NCBI GenBank assembly: GCA_038727515.1
Contig: JAVYVS010000001.1
Location: 96,001 to 160,000, forward strand
Reading direction: 5' to 3'
DNA: 64,000 nucleotides
DNA from: Candidatus Methanomethylicia archaeon
Lineage (GTDB): Archaea; Thermoproteota; Methanomethylicia; Culexarchaeales; Culexarchaeaceae
The position numbers and the translations under genes were made by a program. Shown in pieces: positions 50,737 to 61,084 of this stretch (position 1 is the first letter of the stretch; every line of letters starts with the position of its first letter). Under the pieces are notes generated by a model. The model was not told the DNA's origin, ran no database searches, and saw nothing but the letters and a program-made list of their open reading frames with translations.

Positions 50737-52611
50737 CTATTTATTTAATACATCTCTAATATTTTTAAATCTAATTAATTCTGCATACTTTTCATCTGTT
50801 AATCCAATAATGTTTAGTAATCTTCCATTTATCCTATTTCTATCTAATGCTCTCTTCCAAAATGGTCTTGGATCAAGTCCTTGGAATAATGGTGTTAATT
50901 GTGATTTATGCATTTTTATAGCTTCAATCTTTTTATTCATGAGTTCTTCATCGAATGGTATTATCATATCTGCTTCATATATCATGTATTCTTCCCAGCT
51001 GCCTTTGTAAAGCCATATTTTAGATTCATGTTTTGTAAATGTTCTTTTTAATGCTTCAAGTATTATTTCAATACATTTGCCATGGGTTCCATGGGGATCA
51101 TCAACTTCACCTGGCATAACGATTATTTCAGGTTTGATTTCATTTAATAATTTCATGACAATTTCAATGTCAGCATTTGTTATTGGATTTTTAATTATTA
51201 CACCAGATTCATAGAATGGTAGTCTTAAAAAGTATAGTTTATCTCTCTTTATCCCTAGAATTTCAGCGGCTTTACAAGCTTCCCTTTCTCTTATCTTAGC
51301 TTTTAAATCCAAAAGCTTTTTTAACTCTATACTTCCACTTTTAATGTCGTTTATTATTTTGCTTAAGCTTTCCCCATTTTCAATTAGTTCATCTATTTCT
51401 TCAATAACGTCGCTATCTCTTACAGCTATATTACCTGAAACCATATACGCCACTCTAACATCATTACCTATGTCATTAAGCATTTTCATTGTAGCTCCTA
51501 TACATATTACATCATCATCTGGATGTGGAGAAAATATTAAGATTCTTTTATCCTTTGGAAGTTTATTTTCATCCACTATTTTTGATTCAAGTATACTAAT
51601 TACATTTTGTTTTAGAAAATCTAAATTGTAGGATGCTAATTCTTCAAGCTTCATATATTTTAAATCTTCTACGTTTAACTCAATTATCCTCTTCTTCAGT
51701 TCTATTGCTGTTAACGTTAATGCTTTTTCCAAAAGGTTTTCCTCTTTTCCCAAAGCTTTCTTCAATTCAAATGTCCAATCAACTTTTGAATATAGCCATG
51801 GCATGACAATCCTCCTCAATTTTGATGCTGCCCCTCTATCTAGTATGAATATTGTGTTTGGATGTTTTTGTAGTATTGATGCTGGAACTAAATTTGTTAT
51901 TTCACCTTCTAAAGCTTCTTTTACACTACTTGCTTTATGCTCCCCTGAAGCTAACAATATTATCTTTTTTGCCTCCATTATTGTCGCTATACCCATTGTT
52001 ATAGCATAGTATGGGACTTCTTCAATTCTCATGAAGAATCTTGAATTATCACTTCTAGTTTGTTCAGACAATTTTACAAGTCTTGTTCTACTATTAAATG
52101 ATGATCCAGGCTCATTGAAACCTATATGTCCACCAATATATTTGCCATCTTCATTATAATATCCACCGCCTATGCCTAGAATCTGTAGATCTATTCCACC
52201 ATGAGCTTTTATTTCATCTTCATACCATTCACAATACTCATTTATTTTTGATATTTCAACTTCGCCATTGGGTATATGAATATTTTCTTCTTTAATGTTT
52301 ACGTGATTGAAAAAGTAGTATTTCATGTAGAAATGATAACTGTAGGGGCTATTTCTTGGCATAGGCCAATATTCATCTAAATTGAACGTTACCACTTTGG
52401 AAAAATTGATTAAACCACGTTTAAACATTCTAATAAGTTCATCGTACATTCCAATGGGTGTACTTCCAGTAGCCAATCCTATAACGCTGTCAGGTTTATT
52501 TATAATTTGATTTGCAATTATTTCAGCAGCATTTCTACTCATTTCCCAATAATCACTTTGAATCACTACTTTAACCATGGGTGTGTCATGTAAATTTTGT
52601 CCTCCTCCCAA
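50737..52611 (-). CDS. nagB: Glucosamine-6-phosphate deaminase fused to PIG-L deacetylase domain
   Basis: GLATGSTP, FNLDEY, GHIGFNEPGS, TMGI; C-terminal FSPHPDDDVI, DPHGTH. Confidence 0.93.
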   Translation of the reverse strand: MGGGQNLHDTPMVKVVIQSDYWEMSRNAAEIIANQIINKPDSVIGLATGSTPIGMYDELIRMFKRGLINFSKVVTFNLDEYWPMPRNSPYSYHFYMKYYFFNHVNIKEENIHIPNGEVEISKINEYCEWYEDEIKAHGGIDLQILGIGGGYYNEDGKYIGGHIGFNEPGSSFNSRTRLVKLSEQTRSDNSRFFMRIEEVPYYAITMGIATIMEAKKIILLASGEHKASSVKEALEGEITNLVPASILQKHPNTIFILDRGAASKLRRIVMPWLYSKVDWTFELKKALGKEENLLEKALTLTAIELKKRIIELNVEDLKYMKLEELASYNLDFLKQNVISILESKIVDENKLPKDKRILIFSPHPDDDVICIGATMKMLNDIGNDVRVAYMVSGNIAVRDSDVIEEIDELIENGESLSKIINDIKSGSIELKKLLDLKAKIREREACKAAEILGIKRDKLYFLRLPFYESGVIIKNPITNADIEIVMKLLNEIKPEIIVMPGEVDDPHGTHGKCIEIILEALKRTFTKHESKIWLYKGSWEEYMIYEADMIIPFDEELMNKKIEAIKMHKSQLTPLFQGLDPRPFWKRALDRNRINGRLLNIIGLTDEKYAELIRFKNIRDVLNK

Positions 52612-52730
52612 ATTTAATTTTTTTCAACTATATTTAACTAAAATTTAATTTAAATAAATATGGATTACTGAAAACAAGCATTTCACAAATTTGGAGATAG
52701 CTTATATACCGTATTTACCTTATAATCTAT

Positions 52731-53015
52731 TTGGTGTTATGCATGTCTATGCCATTTCAAATAACTCCTGAAGATATAGTTGAAGGTGAAGATGTGGATT
52801 TCGAAGAGGTTGAAGAACATTGGAATGTTTATAAACTTAAGGATGGAACCACTTTGAAGGTAAAATTGGTTTTAATTGGTGTTAAGAGGTTGAAGAAATA
52901 TAATCCTGATGGTACACCAATATACATTATTAATGCACAAAATATTGTTAGAGCAGTAAATATACCTAAAGAGTTGAGGTTAAAGACTAAAGCGGATTCC
53001 TTTAAATCCATCTAA
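52731..53015 (+). CDS. hypothetical protein
   Basis: EHWNVYKLKDGTTLKVKL..NPDGTPIY, small beta-rich protein. Confidence 0.75.
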   Translation: MVLCMSMPFQITPEDIVEGEDVDFEEVEEHWNVYKLKDGTTLKVKLVLIGVKRLKKYNPDGTPIYIINAQNIVRAVNIPKELRLKTKADSFKSI

Positions 53016-53082
53016 ATCTTCTCATGATATTTAGACAAAAGTTTAAATTAGGTTTTGTTTTTAAATATTTTAAGGTGTCTTT

Positions 53083-53529
53083 TTGTTTTCAATTAAAAGT
53101 AAATTTGGAGCAACTCCAGTTATATCTACTGTTATACTTGTTGGTGCAGTCATTGTAGCATTTAGCTTCGTTCTTGTTTTCACAAATCAATGGATAAAGG
53201 TTAGTAGGTATTATGATGTTGAAGGAGTTTATGAGAGGATTATTATTGAAGATGTATGGTTTATGCCATTACAAAATAATCGTGTCATTAGATTAACTAT
53301 AACTAATGTTGGAAAAATAGATGTTAAGATAGTTATGATCTTAATTTTCAAGAAGGATGGCAATATCCTGGTTAAATCATATAATTCCGAATTAGATTTG
53401 TATGTTATCCATGAAGCTGTTTCCATTGATTTAGTTTTAGATACTCCTTGGACTCCTAAAACTGTTTATAGAATTGAAATAATAACTTTGAGGGGGAATA
53501 AATTTGAAGTTGTCTGTACATCACCGTGA
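53083..53529 (+). CDS. Archaeal type IV pilin-like protein
   Basis: Class III signal KFG/ATPVISTVILV. Confidence 0.78.
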   Translation: MFSIKSKFGATPVISTVILVGAVIVAFSFVLVFTNQWIKVSRYYDVEGVYERIIIEDVWFMPLQNNRVIRLTITNVGKIDVKIVMILIFKKDGNILVKSYNSELDLYVIHEAVSIDLVLDTPWTPKTVYRIEIITLRGNKFEVVCTSP

Positions 53530-54496
53530 TAAAGGGTTTGCAACAGTAATAGGAGCTATATTCTTTGTTTTAATGTCAATGTTAATAGTAACATTCATTT
53601 ATGATGGTTATCGAAAACAAATGGAAATGTATAATTTTGAAAAGGAGGTTTTAAGGGAACGTATAGATTTAACCGTAACTATTTCCAAAACTCTTGGTTT
53701 TACAATGTCAATAGATAATAATGGGCATGAAACTGCAGAGGTAATTAGGTTTTGGATTATTGATTTAACTGGAAATCTACACTATAACTATACTCTACCT
53801 GAAGGTAAACGAGTTATACCATCCCACACTAGTATTACCATTGAATCCTACGAAATCATGGGTTCCTCAACACTAATTAAAGGAAGATATTATATATTCC
53901 GATTGATTACAGCCCGTGGGAATATTATAGAAACAAATTCGATTAAAGCCCTCCCAGGGAATATAGCAAGTACATATCCTCAGGCTCTTCAAACTTTACC
54001 TCAATTACCATGGTTAAGCAATGAAACCGTAATAGTATCAACAAATGCTTCTGAGACTCCAGTATATAATATAAGTAGCGAGAGAGACAGGGTAGTGCCA
54101 TATGATGGAAGAGAAGCATATATTTCAATTAAAAATACTGGTGATGCAGCAATATTTTTAACATCAAATACTAGAATTATATTTAGAAGTTTAAATGAGA
54201 ATAAGTCTTATGCAGGAATACTTTCAGAGTGGTACCTATATTACTGGAATCCGGATAAAAATAGATGGGAACTTGAAGATAGTGGATCAATTAGTCCCTC
54301 TGTTGATTCAAAGGTCATATACCCTGGTATGGTTGTAGTTCTAGAGTTCTCGATACCAAGTGAAGTTCCAGGAAATATTGGTGCTAAATATAGGATTAAG
54401 AAGGGGACTTATGATGTTTATCTTTTACTTGAAGGTTATGATGCTTATGGAAGGAAATTTACTTCAACCATATATTATGGGACTGTAAGTTTCTAA
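53504..54496 (+). CDS. Pilin-like/adhesin protein
   Basis: Class III-like signal DKG/FATVIGAIFF; shares ITxRGN motif with the upstream pilin. Confidence 0.7.
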   Translation: MKLSVHHRDKGFATVIGAIFFVLMSMLIVTFIYDGYRKQMEMYNFEKEVLRERIDLTVTISKTLGFTMSIDNNGHETAEVIRFWIIDLTGNLHYNYTLPEGKRVIPSHTSITIESYEIMGSSTLIKGRYYIFRLITARGNIIETNSIKALPGNIASTYPQALQTLPQLPWLSNETVIVSTNASETPVYNISSERDRVVPYDGREAYISIKNTGDAAIFLTSNTRIIFRSLNENKSYAGILSEWYLYYWNPDKNRWELEDSGSISPSVDSKVIYPGMVVVLEFSIPSEVPGNIGAKYRIKKGTYDVYLLLEGYDAYGRKFTSTIYYGTVSF

Positions 54497-54581
54497 ATTG
54501 TTGATTTTAAATTTTGTATTGTATTAATCCTTAAACTTTTTATTTTAATTGAATTATATTCATTTTGATACGTGATTATTT

Positions 54582-55004
54582 ATGTTGTCTAAAGTTTTGG
54601 AGCATGTTGTTAATAGTTTGGAAGGGTTGAAGGCGAATTTAATGTTTGCAAAGGAGAGGTTTGAAGCGTTGCCTTCATATATAAAGTATTATGCTATAAG
54701 TGACTTTAAATCGAGTACTGGTATGGATTTTGATGGATGGTTGAATGAAGTGGATAAGATGATGAGTATAGTGGGGATGATAAAGGCTAATCCTTCAAAA
54801 ACTTATCTTAGCAATATTGAAAGCTTCCATGCGAATCTATTGAAACTGATAGATTATTTAAGAGGATTGAAGGTGAAGATTGATTATCTGCCTCCAGGTT
54901 TAATACCAAATATTGATGAAATAATTAAGAAATTCTCGGATATGATTGAAGAATTAGAGGGTTTAAGGGGTGGATTAGAGCAGCTTAAAAACTTATTACA
55001 ATAA
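54582..55004 (+). CDS. hypothetical helical protein
   Basis: 140-aa ATG ORF. Confidence 0.7.
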   Translation: MLSKVLEHVVNSLEGLKANLMFAKERFEALPSYIKYYAISDFKSSTGMDFDGWLNEVDKMMSIVGMIKANPSKTYLSNIESFHANLLKLIDYLRGLKVKIDYLPPGLIPNIDEIIKKFSDMIEELEGLRGGLEQLKNLLQ

Positions 55005-55038
55005 ACTATTTTTAATTTTTACTGTTAACCTTTACCTT

Positions 55039-55623
55039 CTACTTAGATCTTGATACGTATATATTCCCTTTTACATAGAATCTTAATGGTTTTGATAAAT
55101 CTCTTTTTACCCCTATCCTATTGCTTCTCCCTATTTCATAATTCTCCACTTTTCTCCCTTCTTCTATCCATATTCCTGATGTTTTTGTATATACTGGTTT
55201 TCTATGTAAGGCTTTGTCAATCGCCATGGCTTTACATAGTTTTCCTGGACCATTTGATAATTTAGTTATATCTCTTACTCCAGCATTTTTAATCATTTGT
55301 TCTATTCCTTCACATGGTTCTATCGCTCTTATCAATACCGCTCCTCCATCTCCCTCTAAATGTGATACTATGTTTAATAGCCATTTTCCATGTACTCCAT
55401 ATATTAATGTTAATCCTACTTCGCCATATAGTGTTTTTGCTAGATCTCCTTTCATGCTTTTATGGGCTCTTGAAGCTGGATCCCATGCTCCATAGTATGC
55501 TTCTGTTTCCACTATATATCCAGACATTCTAATACCATTTACTTCTCTAACAAGTAATTTCCCCAATAATTTTATGGAGACTTCTTCTGGGTCTTGTAAA
55601 TAGAATTCTCTTCCTATTATCAT
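55039..55623 (-). CDS. mpg: 3-methyladenine DNA glycosylase (MPG/AAG)
   Basis: IVETEAY, AVLIRAIEP, NGPGKL, RIGV, LRFY. Confidence 0.93.
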   Translation of the reverse strand: MIIGREFYLQDPEEVSIKLLGKLLVREVNGIRMSGYIVETEAYYGAWDPASRAHKSMKGDLAKTLYGEVGLTLIYGVHGKWLLNIVSHLEGDGGAVLIRAIEPCEGIEQMIKNAGVRDITKLSNGPGKLCKAMAIDKALHRKPVYTKTSGIWIEEGRKVENYEIGRSNRIGVKRDLSKPLRFYVKGNIYVSRSK

Positions 55624-56015
55624 GTTGGCATTACATATCCTGGTTTTGGTTGATATAATATTCCTTCTTTCAACATTTTTTCTATTATTTCAATAGTCTT
55701 TATTCTTTGTGCTCCATATTCTCTTTCCAATTCTTCTATTATCAATTCTATTTTTACTGGTCCCCCCTCCATATTAACCTTTTCTTCAATGTATTCTCTT
55801 ATCAATCTCCCACTTATCATCTTTCTAGATAATGTTTGTCCTTCACTCATGCTTCTTACGTATTCTTCTATTGCTCTATTCACTATTTTATTGAGTATTT
55901 TTTCTGCATTTTCCTTTACTTTTACTTTCTCCATGAAGGCTTCATATAATTCTCTTTTAATGAGTATCTTCTTCTCCATGTAATCTCCATTTACACTTTT
56001 CCCATTAGGATTCAT
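55620..56015 (-). CDS. hypothetical protein with C-terminal wHTH
   Basis: IEKMLKEGILYQPKPGYV resembles an MCM C-terminal winged helix. Confidence 0.65.
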   Translation of the reverse strand: MNPNGKSVNGDYMEKKILIKRELYEAFMEKVKVKENAEKILNKIVNRAIEEYVRSMSEGQTLSRKMISGRLIREYIEEKVNMEGGPVKIELIIEELEREYGAQRIKTIEIIEKMLKEGILYQPKPGYVMPT

Positions 56016-56050
56016 ATTTCTACAATAATTTATCTCGTTTTATGATTTAT

Positions 56051-56515
56051 TTAATTTTTTATAATTACTCTTCTTATTGGATAGTTTCTTTTTATTATTG
56101 GTATTAATATTATGATTATGGGTATTGGGTATAGTAGTAATGCTATTAGTATTCCTCCAAATCCAAAGTTGTATAATTTTTGGAATAATTGCCATTGCCA
56201 GCTTAGAAATCCAGCCCAATGTAGGTATCCCCATATTAGTATTGTTGTTAATGTTATCCAGTTTTTTAATTTGTATGTTAATATTATTCCAATTGTTGAT
56301 TCTATTATGGCTGGTACTATTAAAACTTCTTTTCCATAATTCTTTATACCCCATTTAGCCATTGGGTTTGCTTCATTATCGCCAGTTGGATCTACCATTA
56401 CATATGTTATTGATATATCTAATATAGTTGATATTATCATGAAACCCAGTATTAGTTTATGTAACTCTATTTCTTTATTCCCATTATTTTTATGCGGTGA
56501 TTTTGGCCTCAGCAT
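56051..56515 (-). CDS. Membrane protein (DUF5658-like)
   Basis: LDISITY...EANP plus TM segments; start uncertain because it overlaps the sRNA. Confidence 0.65.
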   Translation of the reverse strand: MLRPKSPHKNNGNKEIELHKLILGFMIISTILDISITYVMVDPTGDNEANPMAKWGIKNYGKEVLIVPAIIESTIGIILTYKLKNWITLTTILIWGYLHWAGFLSWQWQLFQKLYNFGFGGILIALLLYPIPIIIILIPIIKRNYPIRRVIIKN

Positions 56516-56566
56516 TTGTTTACCTCATCCCTCCCATCGGTACTCGGCAAATTCTTCATTGGCCAA
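56503..56566 (-). ncRNA. Box C/D sRNA, probably guiding 23S rRNA
   Basis: TTGGCCA-ATGAAGA-ATTTGCCGAGTA-CCGA-...GATGAG-GTAAACAAATG-CTGA-GGCCAA, with a 6-bp terminal stem. Confidence 0.85.
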
Positions 56567-56583
56567 TAGATTTATTGATTTTC

Positions 56584-57906
56584 CTACATATATTCTTTTA
56601 AGTATTTTGATAAATCTATGGACTCATATTTATGCTTTTTAAATTCCTTTATATTTCTACCTAGGGGTATTGTAGCATCTATACCTGCTTTAGCAGTTAT
56701 TGGTTTTTCTCCAGGTATATGTTTTGCTGATGGATCTAGTGATGATCCTCTTTGATTAGTGTATATGTATATGTCTTCATCTGCTTGTACTCTTGTTGCT
56801 ATAGCCCATTCAACTTCATTTGGATCATATATGTTTATGTCTTCATCTACAATTATACAATGCTTCAATGATTTATGTGCTCTAAATGCTGCTTCTATAG
56901 CTTTTTTAGGTTCATCATCATTCTCCTTTCTTATTTGGATTATTGCATGAAGCCATGAGCATCCTCCAGGGGTCATTAAAACATTTATACATTTACAAAC
57001 TTTATTTACTTCATTATATATCATTGGTTCCATGGGCATACCCATTAATATTTTATGTTCACTTTTACCTGGTAGTAGTGCTTGATATATTGGGCTTCTT
57101 CTATGGGTTATCTTCTTTACTTCTATTACTGGTTGTTCCCGTTCAATATCGTAGGTTTCAGTTATATCTAGGAATGGACCTTCTGGCGCTCTTTCTTTAG
57201 TTACTCTCCCTTCTAATACTATTTCTGTTTCAGCTGGAACTTCTATATCTATTGTTTTACATTTCACTAGTGGAGTTGGATGTAGAGCATTAGCCATACT
57301 TAATTCGTCTACACCATGTGGTAGTGATGTTGCAGCAGCAATTAAAACTTGAATTGGGCTTCCAATACAAATAGCAATATCAGCTTCTCCACCACTCTTC
57401 TTTAGTATGGTATCTGTTCCTCTACCTTCTACAATTCTAGCTACAAACCTATTTTCATCAAGTAAGAGTAATCTATGAAATGAAGAATTTCTTATACCTG
57501 TTTCAGGATCTTTCAATATACAGACAGCACTAGTAATATATCTACCACGATCATTAGGCATATGTTTCAATATTGGAAGCATTCTTAAGTCAACTCTTTC
57601 TTCAATAACTTCTTGACATACTCCCACATCAACTATCTCTGGTTCCTTTAAATTGTTTATAGCCCATGAAAGTTTATGTATTATCTCTTCTCTCTTTATA
57701 TTTAATGCTTTAGCTACAAGTTCTCTAGATGATAATATATTTCCAATTATTGGTATATTTGATTCTTTTATTTTACTAAAATATACTGGTTTTCCATCTA
57801 ATGCTGCAAGTATATTAGCAACTTCATATTCTACTGATACTTCTCTATCTATTTTCACCAATATTCTTTCAGCTTCAAGTTTTGAAATAAAATTTCTCAA
57901 GTTCAT
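56584..57906 (-). CDS. UbiD family decarboxylase
   Basis: VPAETEIVLEG, EGPF, IVDEDI, VEWAIATR, GIDAT. Confidence 0.92.
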   Translation of the reverse strand: MNLRNFISKLEAERILVKIDREVSVEYEVANILAALDGKPVYFSKIKESNIPIIGNILSSRELVAKALNIKREEIIHKLSWAINNLKEPEIVDVGVCQEVIEERVDLRMLPILKHMPNDRGRYITSAVCILKDPETGIRNSSFHRLLLLDENRFVARIVEGRGTDTILKKSGGEADIAICIGSPIQVLIAAATSLPHGVDELSMANALHPTPLVKCKTIDIEVPAETEIVLEGRVTKERAPEGPFLDITETYDIEREQPVIEVKKITHRRSPIYQALLPGKSEHKILMGMPMEPMIYNEVNKVCKCINVLMTPGGCSWLHAIIQIRKENDDEPKKAIEAAFRAHKSLKHCIIVDEDINIYDPNEVEWAIATRVQADEDIYIYTNQRGSSLDPSAKHIPGEKPITAKAGIDATIPLGRNIKEFKKHKYESIDLSKYLKEYM

Positions 57907-58052
57907 AAGTCCCTAATTAAATATGCCAATCTATATTTAAAACTTAATTAAATCTATTTGCAATATATTGTGTTTTATTAACGTTATAAAATAGTTAAAT
58001 ATATTTACTTAATAATTATTAATGTTTTAAATCGTAGTAGGTAGAATGATCA

Positions 58053-59285
58053 ATGAAATTTAAATCTTCCAATAAATTTCCAATATACACCTTTATTGCT
58101 TTAGTACTTATTGGATTCTCTACACGTCTTAGTTATAGTTTAGCTAGAAATCCCATTTTACCCCTCTTTGCAGCGGCATTGGGAGCTTCACCATCAATTA
58201 TAGGTTTAGTTGTTGGGATATCTACAGTTACTGGGATATTATTTAAAGCTCCTGCTGGAGCTCTTTCAGATATTTATGGTAGGAGAACTATTCTATTTAT
58301 TTCAACATTGATTTTCGGTCTTGTACCCTTCACATATTTACTTGTCAATAATTATATTCTTTTAATTGTTATTCGCTTTATTCATGGTTTTGCTACAGCC
58401 ATTTACGGACCTGTTGCCATGGCTTCAATAATTGATATTGCTGGAGAAAGAAAGGGTCAATGGACTGCTACATTTTCATCGATTTCAACCATTGGAAGCA
58501 TTATTTCCGCCCCTTTAGGTGGAGGACTCCTATACATACTTGGAGGTTCAAATCCCAGTATAGAAGTCTTCCACTTCATTTATTTTATTGCTGGATGTAT
58601 TGGTAGTATATCTATAATTTTAGTATTTGCATCATGGAAATATCTTCCACATAAAGAATCTTCAACATCTCCAACCATGGGAGCTGTTATTGAGAAGTTT
58701 AGAAAAGATCTTTTAGCAGTTTTTAGAGATATTCAAGTTTTATTGATAAGCTCTATGGAAGCAGTTCAAAATTTAACTGTAGGTGCATTGGAAGCTTTCC
58801 TACCATACTATATAATTTCTATAGCTGGTCTCTCATCTTTTCATGCTGGAGTTTTATGGGGTCTCCAACTTACCCTACTCATATTATTTAGACCTTTAAT
58901 GGGGAGATTTTCAGATGTTTATGGTAGAAAACCATTTATCACATTTGGAATGATCTTTTGCGCTTCATCATTCATTTTATATCCTATAACCACTAATTTC
59001 CTAATTTTGTGTATTCTAACGATAATTTTTGGTTTAGGGGAAGCTATGGTTACTTCTTCCACAGCAGCTATGGTTGCAGAAAAGAGTAAAGCTCATGGTT
59101 ACGGAGTTTCCATGGGAGTTTTTGGAAGTCTTTGGGATATTGGACATGCTTCAGGACCTATAATTACTGGAATCTTATTGGAAAAGTTTAATTATATGTA
59201 TTCCTTTGGTATAATTTCTTTAATTTTGTTTATCTTCACTATATTATTTCAAATGCATGTTGAGGAAAGTGAAAAATCAACTTAG
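58053..59285 (+). CDS. MFS transporter
   Basis: About 12 TM segments; GALSDIYGRR and GRFSDVYGRK. Confidence 0.93.
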   Translation: MKFKSSNKFPIYTFIALVLIGFSTRLSYSLARNPILPLFAAALGASPSIIGLVVGISTVTGILFKAPAGALSDIYGRRTILFISTLIFGLVPFTYLLVNNYILLIVIRFIHGFATAIYGPVAMASIIDIAGERKGQWTATFSSISTIGSIISAPLGGGLLYILGGSNPSIEVFHFIYFIAGCIGSISIILVFASWKYLPHKESSTSPTMGAVIEKFRKDLLAVFRDIQVLLISSMEAVQNLTVGALEAFLPYYIISIAGLSSFHAGVLWGLQLTLLILFRPLMGRFSDVYGRKPFITFGMIFCASSFILYPITTNFLILCILTIIFGLGEAMVTSSTAAMVAEKSKAHGYGVSMGVFGSLWDIGHASGPIITGILLEKFNYMYSFGIISLILFIFTILFQMHVEESEKST

Positions 59286-59323
59286 ATTTTAATTCGATAT
59301 GTATTGTTAAGGATTGCTAAATT

Positions 59324-60934
59324 TTATCCTTTAATGAATTTTACAAGGTTTTCTAAGAAGTTTTTATTATCGCCTATATCATGAAATGGATCTAATAGGA
59401 ATGTTAGATCTCCAATGGCTATAACATTACCATTTATAGCTATAGGTGTATATACATTTCTTACATCTAATAGTGATAGGTAAGTTGTATTGAAGGTGTA
59501 TGCTAACTTCTCTTTTCCACCATATACTTGTGCAGCTGTAAATAGTATGAGTTCAGTTATATTTGATGTTAATGGATGATTCGTAAAATTCTTTAACACT
59601 ATATTCCTATATATCCCATAATTATATTTTAAATCGTATAAGTAGCCATCGGAGAAGTGCATTCCATATTCTTGAGCTAACATATTTATGTATATTGATG
59701 AAACTATGGAAGGATCATAAATCATTAATAATTTCCCTCCATTACTAACATAATTCTTTATAATGTTTATTTCATGGGGAGTGAAGGGTGAACTTGGGCA
59801 GATGATTAATAGGGCTTTTGGTATTCCTATGGTCATCATGAAATTCTGTAATGATTGAATATCTGTGAATAATATTTTTATGTTGTTTTCAATTAATTTA
59901 CCCCAAAGTGCTCCTAGAATTTCATATATGAAGAGATTTCTATGTGAGATATCTACAAAAACAACTTCTTCACCAGTGGGATTGTAATTTGATATGATAT
60001 TCGTTGGTGTATTGGAAATAGTATTTTCTCCCATAAATCTATAAGCCTTGATATAATATGGCGATAGATAGTATATGCCCAATGGTTCTGGTTGAAGTTT
60101 AGATAGTAATTCAATAGATAAAAATTCACCTTTTGACCATAATTCCCCTCCTAAGGATTGTATATTCTTCTTAAACATTTCAGTTAAATCAATAATCCTA
60201 TATTCAACTATACCAGCAATTTTAGCTACTCTATCTACAACTTCAATAAATGAACTAAAACCATCTATTAAACCTAATTTAATAGCATCGTTGGCTATAT
60301 AGAGTTTACCTAAAGAAAGTTCTTCCATTGTAGTATTCAATTTTAAACCTCTACTAGATTTTATTGCATTTATGAAATTATCTAAAGCATTTTTAACAAT
60401 GAAAGGAACCTCCTTTAAAGAGAATCCAGTATATTTGTATGGTCCAGTTTCTATGATAGCTTCAGAAGGAATAACTAGGTATGGTTGACTCATAATAAGT
60501 CCAATATTTCCAATAAGGGAAGTTGGTGTAGAATATATCTCTCTAGAACCAAGACACACATAGTATCCTCCAGAAGCAGCAAGTCCCTCAATAATGGTTA
60601 CCACAGGTTTAATTGAATTAAGTTTCTTTAGAGCATTGTAAATATCTTCCACTATGGAAGCATAACCACCTGGAGAATCTACTCTTAACACAATACCAGT
60701 AATAGAATTATTTAGATAAGCATATAGTATTGAATTTATGTAGAGTTCCTTATCATAATCACTAATCATATATCCATAAATACTTATAACACCAATTAAT
60801 GGGATGGCTCGAATGGTAGGTTTAAAAATGAGTGGAAGGGTATAGTAAGTTATATAGTATCCTAAAGCTAAACCTGCAAAAAACATTACAATAAATAGTA
60901 TGAATATACTAATACGTAGAGGCAAATTTCTCAA
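59324..60934 (-). CDS. sppA: S49 (SppA-like) peptidase with C-terminal GATase-like/DUF4350-like domain
   Basis: DSPGG, ASGGYY, GNIG, GPYK; C-terminal YVSNGGKLL, NHPLT. Confidence 0.8.
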   Translation of the reverse strand: MRNLPLRISIFILFIVMFFAGLALGYYITYYTLPLIFKPTIRAIPLIGVISIYGYMISDYDKELYINSILYAYLNNSITGIVLRVDSPGGYASIVEDIYNALKKLNSIKPVVTIIEGLAASGGYYVCLGSREIYSTPTSLIGNIGLIMSQPYLVIPSEAIIETGPYKYTGFSLKEVPFIVKNALDNFINAIKSSRGLKLNTTMEELSLGKLYIANDAIKLGLIDGFSSFIEVVDRVAKIAGIVEYRIIDLTEMFKKNIQSLGGELWSKGEFLSIELLSKLQPEPLGIYYLSPYYIKAYRFMGENTISNTPTNIISNYNPTGEEVVFVDISHRNLFIYEILGALWGKLIENNIKILFTDIQSLQNFMMTIGIPKALLIICPSSPFTPHEINIIKNYVSNGGKLLMIYDPSIVSSIYINMLAQEYGMHFSDGYLYDLKYNYGIYRNIVLKNFTNHPLTSNITELILFTAAQVYGGKEKLAYTFNTTYLSLLDVRNVYTPIAINGNVIAIGDLTFLLDPFHDIGDNKNFLENLVKFIKG

Positions 60935-61084
60935 AGAATTATATTGAGGTCTTATTACTTAAATTTTTAGTATAATATACTACATAAATGGGATTCAATA
61001 CTTGTAGATTCATATATTTATTTTAACTTTTATAATAGCTCATTTATCCTTGTAAGTGCTTAATTAATTTAAAATACTTGTTAA

